A DNA stretch of 64,000 nucleotides from Thermoplasmata archaeon (GTDB lineage: Archaea > Thermoplasmatota > Thermoplasmata > UBA10834): the NCBI GenBank assembly GCA_038852315.1, contig JAWCKF010000001.1:23542-87541 (forward strand), in the 5' to 3' direction. A model generated the notes under the pieces. It was not told where the DNA came from. It was given only the letters and a program-made list of their open reading frames with translations, and ran no database searches. Shown piece after piece: positions 1-9,131 of this stretch; within the stretch, counting starts at the first letter, position 1, and every line of letters begins with the position of its first letter. Made by a program: the position numbers and the translations under genes.

Positions 1-2
1 AG

Positions 3-167
3 AGGGTCACCTATGTGCTCTTCGCCAGCTACAAGAATCTTGGGTTGACCGCCACCCTCGCAGTCGCTCTTTTCGAACCGATGGTGGCGGTGCCCGCGAC
101 GATCTGCATAGTGTTCGAGGTCGTGTGGGTCTTGTTCCTCATCAGGTGGTATCCGAGCGTCTCCTGA
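3..167 (+). CDS. C-terminal fragment of a membrane transporter, probably bile acid:Na+ symporter (BASS)/Acr3-like family (partial, runs off window start)
   Basis: Frame-3 translation RVTYVLFASYKNLGLTATLAVALFEPMVAVPATICIVFEVVWVLFLIRWYPSVS*; hydrophobic helices and a KNxGL motif like BASS C-termini; not in the ORF track. Confidence 0.55.
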   Translation, partial: RVTYVLFASYKNLGLTATLAVALFEPMVAVPATICIVFEVVWVLFLIRWYPSVS

Positions 168-666
168 CCTTCCTTGCAGTCGGGCTCAGGACGGAGGAAA
201 TGCGGGTGGCTAGATGTCGGAGAAAGCCGAGGAAATCCTCCCCGGGCTCCGATCTTGACCAGCGCCAGTAACCCACCCAGAGAATCCCTCCCAAGGCAGC
301 AGCGAGGACGGCTGACTCCACAATCGCCGAATGATCTAGCGTTGCGAGCTGGAGCTCATCGAGGGCCAGATGAGAGCCCCAGAAGAGCAGGGGTATGCAC
401 AGCCGCCAGCCGACAGAAAGGTATCCGACGATGAAGGCTCCCTCAGGATGATGAAAGGCTGACTTCCAGGGCAGCCCGGAACCATCCTCCCAAGTGGGAG
501 CCAGGAGGGCGCCCCAGCCGTTGTCAGAGACATACCTGGGAGCTGCGAACAGATGGTCGATGTCCAGAAAAAGGCCGAAAGTCAGCGCCACGAACCACTC
601 GTCTCTGTCGAGGTTCATCAGCATGCCCAGGAGCACAGCGACAGCAAGATGGGTTGTCGTCAGCAT
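142..666 (-). CDS. Membrane-bound metal-dependent hydrolase (YdjM-like)
   Basis: N-terminal TTHL, LDIDH, FHH and GSHLALD motifs among TM helices; ATG at 666 preferred. Confidence 0.6.
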   Translation of the reverse strand: MLTTTHLAVAVLLGMLMNLDRDEWFVALTFGLFLDIDHLFAAPRYVSDNGWGALLAPTWEDGSGLPWKSAFHHPEGAFIVGYLSVGWRLCIPLLFWGSHLALDELQLATLDHSAIVESAVLAAALGGILWVGYWRWSRSEPGEDFLGFLRHLATRISSVLSPTARKVRRRSDTT

Positions 667-756
667 TGATTCACTTCTTCCGGCCCGCGACGGCGGAGAA
701 CGCACGAAGCCAATTGTCCCACCACATATTCCACGGTTTCGGGGCGGATATCACCA

Positions 757-817
757 TTAATAATAGGATACACCACGCTCGGCGCCGTTATTAAGTCTGG
801 CGAAGAAGTTATTAACT
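757..817. promoter_or_regulatory. AT-rich divergent promoter with repeated GTTATTAA boxes and the palindrome AGTTA-T-TAACT (candidate operator)
   Basis: TTAATAA 757-763, GTTATTAA 787-794 and 808-815, perfect inverted repeat 807-817, upstream of cbiM. Confidence 0.4.
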
Positions 818-846
818 CACGCAGGCGCTCGTTGTCCGGAGTGCAT

Positions 847-1539
847 ATGGCGCACATACACCTGGAGGACGGCGCGTTCACGCCCCTCTGGATTGCGGCA
901 TGGTCGCTGGTCGCCGCAGCCCTGATAGCGACTGCGCTTCTCGTGCTCAGAAGAGAGAGACTCTCGCCACGGAACGTCGCCATCGCGGCAATGTGTGCCT
1001 CAGTCGGGTTCGCCGTGTTCCAGGTGGAGATACCGACCCCGCTAGGGCCGGTCCACATGAACTTCACGCCTCTGATAGGCATACTCGTCGGGCCGAGTCT
1101 GGGCAGCATCGTCGTGCTCGTGATCAACCTGTTCAGTGCGGCAATAGGACATGGCGGCTGGGGCATGATAGGTCCGAACTCGATAGTCAACATTGCAGAG
1201 GTACTCACAGCATACTACCTCTTCCGGATGCTCAGGGTGCGCATGGGTAGGAGTGACAAATGGTCCGGCTTCATCGCGACCTTCCTGGCGCTGGCGCTCA
1301 GCGCGCTCCTCGTCGTGGTGATAGTGACCATCTCAGAAATCCAAGGCTCGGAGCTGACCCGGGAGCAGACCTTCGCCAACCTCACGGTGCTCGCAGCGAT
1401 CAACATCGGTGCGGGCGCAGTCGAGGGCATAGTGACGGGATATGTCGTCTCCTTCATCGGGCGCGTGCGCCCGGACCTGCTCGCGCGCTATGGGCGGCGG
1501 GAGGCTTGGGCGGCCCCGAACAAGTCTGCCGGCGGGTGA
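847..1539 (+). CDS. cbiM: ECF transporter substrate-binding component, CbiM/NikM family
   Basis: N-terminal MAHIHLEDG, PVHMN, GHGG motifs and multiple TM helices; first gene of an M-Q-O operon. Confidence 0.85.
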   Translation: MAHIHLEDGAFTPLWIAAWSLVAAALIATALLVLRRERLSPRNVAIAAMCASVGFAVFQVEIPTPLGPVHMNFTPLIGILVGPSLGSIVVLVINLFSAAIGHGGWGMIGPNSIVNIAEVLTAYYLFRMLRVRMGRSDKWSGFIATFLALALSALLVVVIVTISEIQGSELTREQTFANLTVLAAINIGAGAVEGIVTGYVVSFIGRVRPDLLARYGRREAWAAPNKSAGG

Positions 1540-1543
1540 TCGA

Positions 1544-2374
1544 ACGGGTAGGAGATCCTATTCCACGCACATACCCGACTTCAGGCTGATGACTTGGACG
1601 GGCGAGACGGGCAGGAGCCCGGTGCACGCGGCCAACCCTTGGACCAAGGCCGCGCTGCTCTTCGTCGTCGTGGGACTGGTGACTGTCATGTTGGACCTCT
1701 ACCTGGTACTGCTGCTCCTGCTCATCACCATCGCCGTCTACACAGTGGCCGGCCTCCCCCTGAGACTCCTCGTAGGCTGGTGGACGTTGCCTCTCTTCTT
1801 CGTCGTCTCCCTGTCTGTCGTATTCGTCTTTACTGAGCCCGGGACCGTCCTCGCGAGCGCAAGACTTGCGGGGATGAGGATCTCGATCACGGACAAAGGG
1901 CTGGAGCTGATGGCGATCCTGATTGCGAAAGCCCTCGCAGTCGTGACTTACTCCCTGACCGTTTTCATGAGCACGCGCTACAACGATATCGCTTACATCG
2001 CGTACAGGATAATGCCGAGGACAATAGCGAACATCTTCCTGCTCAGCTACAGGTTCATGTTCGAGACGTCTGACGAGTTCTCCGACGTGCTAGATGCGAT
2101 ACACTCCAGGAGCGGGAGCGTCGCGAGGGGCGTCGTTAGACATTCGAGGGCCTACGCCGGGATATTCGGCCTCGCCTTCGTCCACGCGTTCGAGCGGGCC
2201 GAGGCCATCTCGAAGGCGATGGAGGCGAGGGGATACTCCGGAAGCCTGCCAGTATCGGGGGTGGTCTCCAGGCCGGGACCCGGTGGTCTTCTCGCGGTCG
2301 CTGGTGGCGTCCTCGCACTCGCGGTCGCTGTCTACTTGAGATACATCGACGGAACGGTCGTGATCTGGCGGTGA
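1544..2374 (+). CDS. cbiQ: ECF transporter transmembrane T component, CbiQ family (start uncertain: ACG 1544, ATG 1490 or ATG 1589)
   Basis: NPWTK, LSYRF and AMEARGY motifs; lies between cbiM and cbiO. Confidence 0.85.
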   Translation, partial: TGRRSYSTHIPDFRLMTWTGETGRSPVHAANPWTKAALLFVVVGLVTVMLDLYLVLLLLLITIAVYTVAGLPLRLLVGWWTLPLFFVVSLSVVFVFTEPGTVLASARLAGMRISITDKGLELMAILIAKALAVVTYSLTVFMSTRYNDIAYIAYRIMPRTIANIFLLSYRFMFETSDEFSDVLDAIHSRSGSVARGVVRHSRAYAGIFGLAFVHAFERAEAISKAMEARGYSGSLPVSGVVSRPGPGGLLAVAGGVLALAVAVYLRYIDGTVVIWR

Positions 2375-2379
2375 GAGGC

Positions 2380-3279
2380 ATGACGATGGCGGAAGGATGC
2401 ACCAAATGCCCGGAGGGCGGAGAACCGATAATACACGTGGACTGCGTGACGCACAGGTACCCTGACGGCACGGAGGGGATACACAACATGTGCTTCAGGG
2501 TATACGCCAAGGAGATCGTTGCACTGTGCGGCCCCAACGGCGCTGGCAAGTCGACCCTCATAGAGCACCTGAACGGACTCATGATGCCCGACATTGGGCG
2601 CGTCAGGATATTCGGCATGGACATAGACAAGGGCAACCTCGCCCCCATCAGGAGGATGGTTGGGCTCGTCTTCCAGGATCCCGATTCCCAGCTGTTCTCG
2701 CCTACCGTCCTCGACGACGTGATGTTCGGACCGCTCAACCTGGGGCTGTCGCCAAAGGAGGCCCGCGAGAGGGCGGAATGGGCGCTCGAGGTCGTCGGCA
2801 TGAAGGAGACCCGCAAGATACCTCACTATCTCAGCGGTGGGCAGAAGAGGCTCGTGGCGATTGCCGGCGTGCTCGCGATGAAGCCCAAGATACTCGTCGC
2901 GGACGAGCCAACTGGAGACCTCGACCCGACCAACGCGAAGCGCATCGAGGACCTGCTGGTGCAGCTCAGGGACAGGTTCGAGATGAGCGTCGTCGTGTCC
3001 CTGCACGACCTCGACATGGCGGCGAGGATAGCTGACAGGGTGTGCATAGTGAAGGACGGAGCCATAATAGCTGAGGGAGACCCTCGAGAGGTGCTGTACG
3101 ACGAGCAACTCCTGGCGAAAGCGGGACTCCAGCTCCCGACAGTCGCGAGGATGGTCAGGGATCTGCGTATCGAAGTGCCCGTCAGCGAACGGCCCCTCTC
3201 GATAGAGCAACTTGTCACACTCATCCAGCGCGGGAGCGGGATGCGAAGCCCCCCTGAGCCTAACAAGGACAGGGTGTAG
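2380..3279 (+). CDS. cbiO: ECF transporter ATPase, CbiO family
   Basis: Walker A GPNGAGKST, FQDPDSQLF, LSGGQ signature, Walker B VADEP. Confidence 0.92.
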   Translation: MTMAEGCTKCPEGGEPIIHVDCVTHRYPDGTEGIHNMCFRVYAKEIVALCGPNGAGKSTLIEHLNGLMMPDIGRVRIFGMDIDKGNLAPIRRMVGLVFQDPDSQLFSPTVLDDVMFGPLNLGLSPKEARERAEWALEVVGMKETRKIPHYLSGGQKRLVAIAGVLAMKPKILVADEPTGDLDPTNAKRIEDLLVQLRDRFEMSVVVSLHDLDMAARIADRVCIVKDGAIIAEGDPREVLYDEQLLAKAGLQLPTVARMVRDLRIEVPVSERPLSIEQLVTLIQRGSGMRSPPEPNKDRV

Positions 3280-3280
3280 A

Positions 3281-3300
3281 ACAGAAGACAAAGGGTTTGA
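3281..3300 (-). terminator. Pyrimidine-rich putative terminator (TCAAACCCTTTGTCTTCTGT) after the giant PKD gene
   Basis: Lies between convergent genes; a similar AAACCC(C)TTTG motif follows the ABC binding-protein gene at 25635. Confidence 0.35.
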
Positions 3301-3326
3301 GGGCCTGACCTGGCCAGCGAAAGCCC

Positions 3327-6300
3327 CTATAGCTCGTCGTCCTCAGGCGGTCCCCTATCATCCTTGCCCTCATCGGAGGGTCCTCCGCCCTTCGCAGAAC
3401 GCTCTCCCGAAGGCTTGCGTCCGCCCTTGCGCATGAGCGCAGCCAACAGAGCGACCACGATCACAGCGACGATCACCGCGATCGCCCACCAGTACTGGGA
3501 CGCAAAGCTCTCGGCCCTCTCCTCGACCACCACCGTCACCGTGTCAGTGTCAGTCAGGTTGCCAGCGTCGCGCACCGTCAGCGTGACTGTGTAGGTTCCT
3601 GCGATCTCGAACTTGAAGGTCGGCTGGGGTCCGTACAGACGCACTGTCCTGCCGTCGTAGGTGAACTCCCACGTGTAGTTCAGGCCGGCCGCGCCGCCGT
3701 CGTCCGTCGAGCCGCTGCCGTCAAAGCTGACCGGGTCGCCCACTCTCGCTGTGATGTCGGCTCCGGCATCGGCGACCGGGGGCGCGTTCGCAGCTGCAAC
3801 GGTTATCGTGACCGTGTCAGTGCTTGTGAGGCCGCCGGCGTCGCGGACAGTAAGCGTGATCTCGTAGATTCCCGGGGCGGAGAACGTGAAGGTCGGCTGG
3901 ATACCCCACAGTGTCACAGCCGAACCACCATAGGTGAAATTCCACGTGTAGTTCAGGGCCGGGGCGCCGCCGTCATCGAGCGAAGCTGAGCCATTGAGGG
4001 TGACTGTCGTGCCCTCGACCACGCTCAGATCGGGGCCCGCGTTGGCCGTCGGCGGGCCGTTCACAGACACGACGACGGTCGCAGTGTCGGACAGTCCATC
4101 GGAGTCCGTGACCGTCAGCGTCACAGTGTAAGTGCCGGCCAACTCGAACACGAAGCTCGGTGTCGCACCCCACAGGACCCTCGGGGAGCCTCCGTAGGTG
4201 AAGGTCCAGGTGAGGTTTAGCTGGCTGAACGTATCCAGGTCGTCCGAGCTAAGGGAGCCGTTCAGCTGCACGGTGGCGCCGACGTTCACAGCTATCCCAG
4301 AGCCGGCGTGGGCCGTCGGGGGCCCGTTCACAGTCACCGTCACCATGTCGGTGTCAGTCAGGCCACCGGAGTCGACCACGGTCAACGTGACGAGGTACAC
4401 GCCCGGAGTGTCGAACACAAAGCTCGGGCCTGCACCCCAGAGCGTGACTGGAGATCCGCCGTAGGTGAAAGTCCATGTGTAGTTCATCGTCGATGGCAGA
4501 TCCAGGTCGTCTGTCGTCGCTGACGAATCGAAGGACACGGATGTCCCCACGTTGACCCTCACGTCCGAACCTGCGCTGGCCTCAGGCGGACCGTTCACCG
4601 TCACAACGAGGGTGTCGGTGTCGTACAGGCCGTCAGTGTCGGTGACCCTGAGCAGCACATCATATGTACCCGGTATCGAGAACGTGAACGAAGGGGCGAC
4701 GCCGTACAACGTGACAGGCGAGCCCGAATAGGTCAAAGTCCACGTGAAGTTCAGCTGACCCAGCAGATCGAGGTCGTCGGACGAAGCGCCTGCGTCGAAG
4801 GTCACCGTCACTCCTTGGTTAACCAGCTGGTCGGCACCTGCGTTCGCGTGCGGCGGTGCGTTTACCACGACGGTCATCGTGTCCGTACCTCCCAAGCCCA
4901 TCGAATCAGTCACGTAAAGCGTGACGGTGAAGGTGCCCGGGGCGAGGAACTGGAACGAGGGGTTCACGCCGTACAGCACCTGCGGGTTACCCATGTAGGT
5001 GAACCGCCACTCGAGTGTCAGGTTCGAAAGGGCATCGAAGTCGTCTGTGGTACCAGACGCGTCGAAGAGGACCGTAGCCCCGACGTTGACGCGCCGGTCA
5101 GGTCCAGCGTTCGCGACGGGAGGTCCGTTGACCTTCACGAGGACGACATCCGTATCGCTGTTCCCGGCCGCGTCCCACACCGTCAGTGTCACCACATACA
5201 GACCAGGGCCGCTGAACGTGTATGCGGAAACCATGTTGTAGAACTCCCTGTACACCACGTCGACGAAGCTCCAAGTGTACTGCACGATCCCCACATTGTC
5301 GTGTGAGCCAGAACCGTTCAGTATGACCGTCGAACCGGTGTTCACGGCTATGTCGGTTCCAGCATCGGCGACCGGCGGCTCCGTGTCGTTCACGGTTATC
5401 CTCACTGTGTCGACGGCCCAGTTACCTGCCGCGTCGCTCACATTGAGCTCCACATCGTACACGCCCGCGTCCGTGAAGACGTACCACGGCCTCTCGCCGT
5501 ACAACGTCTGAAGCCCGCCGTCATAGAAGGTCCAGACATAGCTTACCACGCCCACGTTATCCGAAGATCCGGAGCCGTCGAAAGTGACGTTCGCGCCCAT
5601 GTCCACAAACTGGTCAGGGCCGGCGTCCGCGATTGGCGGTGTCACGTCAAGCACCGTTACCAGGAGCCAGCTGTACGCCGACTCTTGTCCCGCCGTATCC
5701 CTCACCAGCAGGTACACGTAGTATGCTCCGGGCTCAGCGAAAGTGTACTCAACATACGCACCGTACAGCTCGACGCCGAACGAAGGTATGGTCCAGGTGT
5801 AGTTGACGATGCCGACATCGTCGTACGACGCGGAACCGTCAAAGTACACGACGGTGTCCTCGTCTACCGTCTGGTCAGGGCCCGCCACCGCCGTCGGCGG
5901 CATGTCAGGGCCGACATGGACGGTCATCGTGTCCGCCGACACGTGGTTCGCGCCGTCCACGACATACAACCACACAACGTATGTCCCAGTGGAGTTGAAG
6001 CAGCTGGTGACGACTTCGCCGTGGAGGGTTATCGTCTGCCAACCGTCGAAGTAGCTCCACTCGTAGCCGACTATCCCCACGTTGTCACTCGAGCCCCTGC
6101 CGTCCAGGGTTACCGTTGTATTCTCCACCACCCACTGGTCCGGGCCTGCATCGGCAACTGGCGGATCGTTGTCGACCGTGAAGTTCGTGAACTTCGCGTT
6201 CCCTAAGTCGCCCCAGTCCTGGACGAAGAACAGGCTCTTGTAGTCGCCGCTGGGAACGCGCTCGTCGTAGGTGAACCACATGTCAGTCGCCGAGAACGAC

Positions 6301-8852
6301 CCCAGCGCCTTCCAGCTCATGTCTATCGGCCACTGCATCACCGAATAGTCGAACTCGGCTACCACAGTCCGCGGCTCGAACACGCCGGTCGGGTCAGGGG
6401 CCGGGATGAACATGCTCATCCAGAACGACCAGAAGCCGAGGAACTCGCCCGTCGTCGAGTTGAAGAAGGCCGCGCCCTCGCTCGTCGGCAAGGTCGCGTT
6501 CCGGTAGTAGCCATTGAGCGCGTAGACCATATCTGACCCGAGCCACATACTGGTCGCTGCCAGGTACATTTCCTGTGTCGAATCGCTCAACCAACCGGCG
6601 CTCGTAAGGCCGTTGAACTCCTCGTAGACGGTGTAGTTGCTGCCCATCCGCACGTGGTTCAAGTTCGAGCTCATCTCCCATGGGTCGTAGCTCGCGGACT
6701 TGTACTCGATCAGAGTGTAGTTCTCTCTGAGGCCTGTGCCGTTCCACTTCATGAAGTAGATGAGCGTCATCGAGCGGAGGTTGTCTTCCTCGACCCACGC
6801 GGTGATCTCGCACGGATTCGTCCAGGAGATGTTGGCCAAGGGGCTCTGGACGTATGTCAGGCCAGGGCTCATCGTATCTGGGCTCAAGCTGACGCTCATA
6901 GGATAGTCTGAAAAGCCTGTCGTGTCTATGGTGCCGAAATACGGCGCGTGAGAGTAGGCAGTGCACCTAACCGACAGCTCGTATGGTGGCACGTACATCT
7001 CGTACGCCCCCGCGGGGTCCGTCCAAGTGCTGTTCTCATAGCCTGTCTCCATTATCCTGACGGTCACCATGGCGTTCATTATCGGAAGCCCCGTGGTCGC
7101 ATCGTCGACCACGCCGTGCAGCCTCACCGTGGTCGGCGGGTTCCACGGCATGAGGGAGACATTGTGATACGCTTCGGAAAGCGGTTCCACATGGACCATC
7201 GCTGAATAGGTGCTGTAGTCCATCGCGTGGACTTCCATGTAGAGGTCGCCGTCTGTCACACACATCTCGTAGTCGCCGGTGGAGTTCGTCATCGTGCCGT
7301 TGCCCCACCACCCGGTGTTGACCCACACGCTTGCCCCGACGACCGGGGCGCCCGTGAACGCATCCTGGACATGACCCTTCAGAACTGCGTTCTGCCAGGG
7401 CATCATCGCGAAGTCCCACACGTTTGGGCCTGGAATCACCGTGAAGTTGGCGACATATGGCTTGTGGTCCCAGTGCCATGCTTCCACGGTGTACTCACCT
7501 GAGGGCAGCTGCACGCTGTAATGCCCAGTATCGTCGGAATTGGTCCATGTGTCGTAGCCGGGAGACATGAGATGGATGTTGGCCCACTGGACGGGCGCGC
7601 TCGTGAGCGCGTCGGTGACATACCCTTCCAGCCACGAATCGAACGGCGTGAGCTGGAAGTCGTACCACAGCTCCTCGCCAGCAGACACATTGATGATGTG
7701 GTAGCTCGCAGAGTAGCCGTCCTGCTGCGCGACCAGGTAGAGGTCCGTGCCGACGAACGCGTCGAGCTTGTAGAAGCCCGAGCTGTCTGTAGTCGCCATG
7801 GATATGTTGCCGGTCATGTCGGGACGGTCGAGAAGCACTACACGCGCCCACATTATCGGGTCGCCGGTAGTCGAGTCGGTGACGTTGCCCTTTATGAAAG
7901 CCTCGGTCTTCCTGAGCTGGGCGTCCTGCCTGACGCTCGAGCCAGGGTCGATCCACACGTTGTCGAGAATCTTCATCGTGTAGCCGGACCGCTGTATCAT
8001 CACCCGCGCGTTCCCGCTCTGCACGTTCATACTGTAGTATCCTGAGGCGTCCGTCAGAGTGAGGTTGTCGTAGTTGTCCCAACCGGTCTCAACCTCTATG
8101 CTCACTACCGCTGACTTGATGGGCAGGCCAGTGTCGATGTCCGTCACATAGCCATAGACGACGGCGTTGTCTGAATACACCCGAGGCTGCAGAGTCACAT
8201 TGAACCAATAGGTGTTGCCTGAGACGAGGGGCGAGTCCGTCCCGTTCTCGTTCATAGGATAGCCTGGGAAGTCCATCGCAATCGCACCTCCGCCCCTCGG
8301 TCCGGGGATGACATTGACTGAGAAGAAACCGGTCGGGTCCGGAACCGTGATGTTCGCGTAGTATGGGGCGTCCCCGCCCAGCGGATTGTTGGTCAGACCG
8401 AGAACATGCCCGTCTGACCGCGGGTTGCCGTACTCGTCCTTGACGTATCCGACTATGGTCACATCCTTCGGCTCCGATATCGGCGTGAGAGTGAAGTCGG
8501 CTGCGCCGACCTCCCCCGGCGCGACCCTCGCCATCTGTATCGACATGTAGTAATCAGGGTGAGCTGCGAAGACGACGTAGTCGAGGCCCCCCGGCACACC
8601 GCACGTGTACTGCCCGTTCGAATCCGTGAAGGAATAGTTGATCTCTATGCCATCGCCCATCATCAGCATGATCTTCACATAGGTGTTCTCTATCGGGTTG
8701 ACACCGTCGGTGACTCGCCCGGATATGTAAGCGTCCTCCTCCCAAGCCGACGACCCTCCGGGAAACAGAACAAGGAAGGCCGCCGCAGACATGATTGCGC
8801 ACACTGCCACCGAACACAGTCCTTTCAGCCGGTGACCTCTATCGCTCGACAT
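3327..8852 (-). CDS. Giant (~1840 aa) cell-surface protein: signal peptide, tandem carboxypeptidase-regulatory-like beta-sandwich repeats, 10 PKD domains, C-terminal TM anchor
   Basis: ATG 8852 with GAGGAG SD; repeats of 'GxVxDxxTGxPI..A.V...TDxxGxY'; ten 'PPxAxAGxD..V.....F/LDxSxS.D....YxW.F' units; TM WWAIAVIVAVIVVALLAALM followed by RK; many N-x-S/T sequons. Confidence 0.88.
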   Translation of the reverse strand: MSSDRGHRLKGLCSVAVCAIMSAAAFLVLFPGGSSAWEEDAYISGRVTDGVNPIENTYVKIMLMMGDGIEINYSFTDSNGQYTCGVPGGLDYVVFAAHPDYYMSIQMARVAPGEVGAADFTLTPISEPKDVTIVGYVKDEYGNPRSDGHVLGLTNNPLGGDAPYYANITVPDPTGFFSVNVIPGPRGGGAIAMDFPGYPMNENGTDSPLVSGNTYWFNVTLQPRVYSDNAVVYGYVTDIDTGLPIKSAVVSIEVETGWDNYDNLTLTDASGYYSMNVQSGNARVMIQRSGYTMKILDNVWIDPGSSVRQDAQLRKTEAFIKGNVTDSTTGDPIMWARVVLLDRPDMTGNISMATTDSSGFYKLDAFVGTDLYLVAQQDGYSASYHIINVSAGEELWYDFQLTPFDSWLEGYVTDALTSAPVQWANIHLMSPGYDTWTNSDDTGHYSVQLPSGEYTVEAWHWDHKPYVANFTVIPGPNVWDFAMMPWQNAVLKGHVQDAFTGAPVVGASVWVNTGWWGNGTMTNSTGDYEMCVTDGDLYMEVHAMDYSTYSAMVHVEPLSEAYHNVSLMPWNPPTTVRLHGVVDDATTGLPIMNAMVTVRIMETGYENSTWTDPAGAYEMYVPPYELSVRCTAYSHAPYFGTIDTTGFSDYPMSVSLSPDTMSPGLTYVQSPLANISWTNPCEITAWVEEDNLRSMTLIYFMKWNGTGLRENYTLIEYKSASYDPWEMSSNLNHVRMGSNYTVYEEFNGLTSAGWLSDSTQEMYLAATSMWLGSDMVYALNGYYRNATLPTSEGAAFFNSTTGEFLGFWSFWMSMFIPAPDPTGVFEPRTVVAEFDYSVMQWPIDMSWKALGSFSATDMWFTYDERVPSGDYKSLFFVQDWGDLGNAKFTNFTVDNDPPVADAGPDQWVVENTTVTLDGRGSSDNVGIVGYEWSYFDGWQTITLHGEVVTSCFNSTGTYVVWLYVVDGANHVSADTMTVHVGPDMPPTAVAGPDQTVDEDTVVYFDGSASYDDVGIVNYTWTIPSFGVELYGAYVEYTFAEPGAYYVYLLVRDTAGQESAYSWLLVTVLDVTPPIADAGPDQFVDMGANVTFDGSGSSDNVGVVSYVWTFYDGGLQTLYGERPWYVFTDAGVYDVELNVSDAAGNWAVDTVRITVNDTEPPVADAGTDIAVNTGSTVILNGSGSHDNVGIVQYTWSFVDVVYREFYNMVSAYTFSGPGLYVVTLTVWDAAGNSDTDVVLVKVNGPPVANAGPDRRVNVGATVLFDASGTTDDFDALSNLTLEWRFTYMGNPQVLYGVNPSFQFLAPGTFTVTLYVTDSMGLGGTDTMTVVVNAPPHANAGADQLVNQGVTVTFDAGASSDDLDLLGQLNFTWTLTYSGSPVTLYGVAPSFTFSIPGTYDVLLRVTDTDGLYDTDTLVVTVNGPPEASAGSDVRVNVGTSVSFDSSATTDDLDLPSTMNYTWTFTYGGSPVTLWGAGPSFVFDTPGVYLVTLTVVDSGGLTDTDMVTVTVNGPPTAHAGSGIAVNVGATVQLNGSLSSDDLDTFSQLNLTWTFTYGGSPRVLWGATPSFVFELAGTYTVTLTVTDSDGLSDTATVVVSVNGPPTANAGPDLSVVEGTTVTLNGSASLDDGGAPALNYTWNFTYGGSAVTLWGIQPTFTFSAPGIYEITLTVRDAGGLTSTDTVTITVAAANAPPVADAGADITARVGDPVSFDGSGSTDDGGAAGLNYTWEFTYDGRTVRLYGPQPTFKFEIAGTYTVTLTVRDAGNLTDTDTVTVVVEERAESFASQYWWAIAVIVAVIVVALLAALMRKGGRKPSGERSAKGGGPSDEGKDDRGPPEDDEL
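3525..6170 (-). repeat. Ten tandem PKD-domain coding repeats (~90 aa each)
   Basis: PPVADAGPD, PPTAVAGPD, PPIADAGPD, PPVADAGTD, PPVANAGPD, PPHANAGAD, PPEASAGSD, PPTAHAGSG, PPTANAGPD, PPVADAGAD. Confidence 0.85.
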
Positions 8853-9131
8853 AGACACAACAACTCCTCGCAGGTATAGCCTTGTCAGCCACGCCTTTCG
8901 TCTCGGGGGATGAACGCAGCCGAGGCTGAGATAAGAAGGTCGTTGCTGGCTATTTATGGCTGTCGCCCTCCCTGCGACACGGACCAGCACCTGCGCGGCG
9001 TTCCGCGGCATACATGCCCATTTCTGTCACGGGAGCCGTTCTCAGGGAATCATGGACCTGGGGATTTGTTCAGATGTTCGGGGGCTGTTCGGGGGCATGT
9101 TGATGCATCCGGGGACGGCTGCCTGTACCCT

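Noticed and set aside
706..846. Cobalamin riboswitch upstream of cbiM
   Set aside because: The region is short and I cannot see the conserved B12-box elements
3525..6170. Periodic DNA similarity as a possible CRISPR array or mobile repeat
   Set aside because: The period of about 270 bp is in frame and degenerate at synonymous sites, so these are PKD coding repeats; no cas genes
8853..9131. Overlapping N-terminal extensions of the PKD protein (to 9011) and YyaL (from 8910)
   Set aside because: Open frames running through a divergent intergenic region; the SD and signal peptide support 8852, and YyaL similarity starts later
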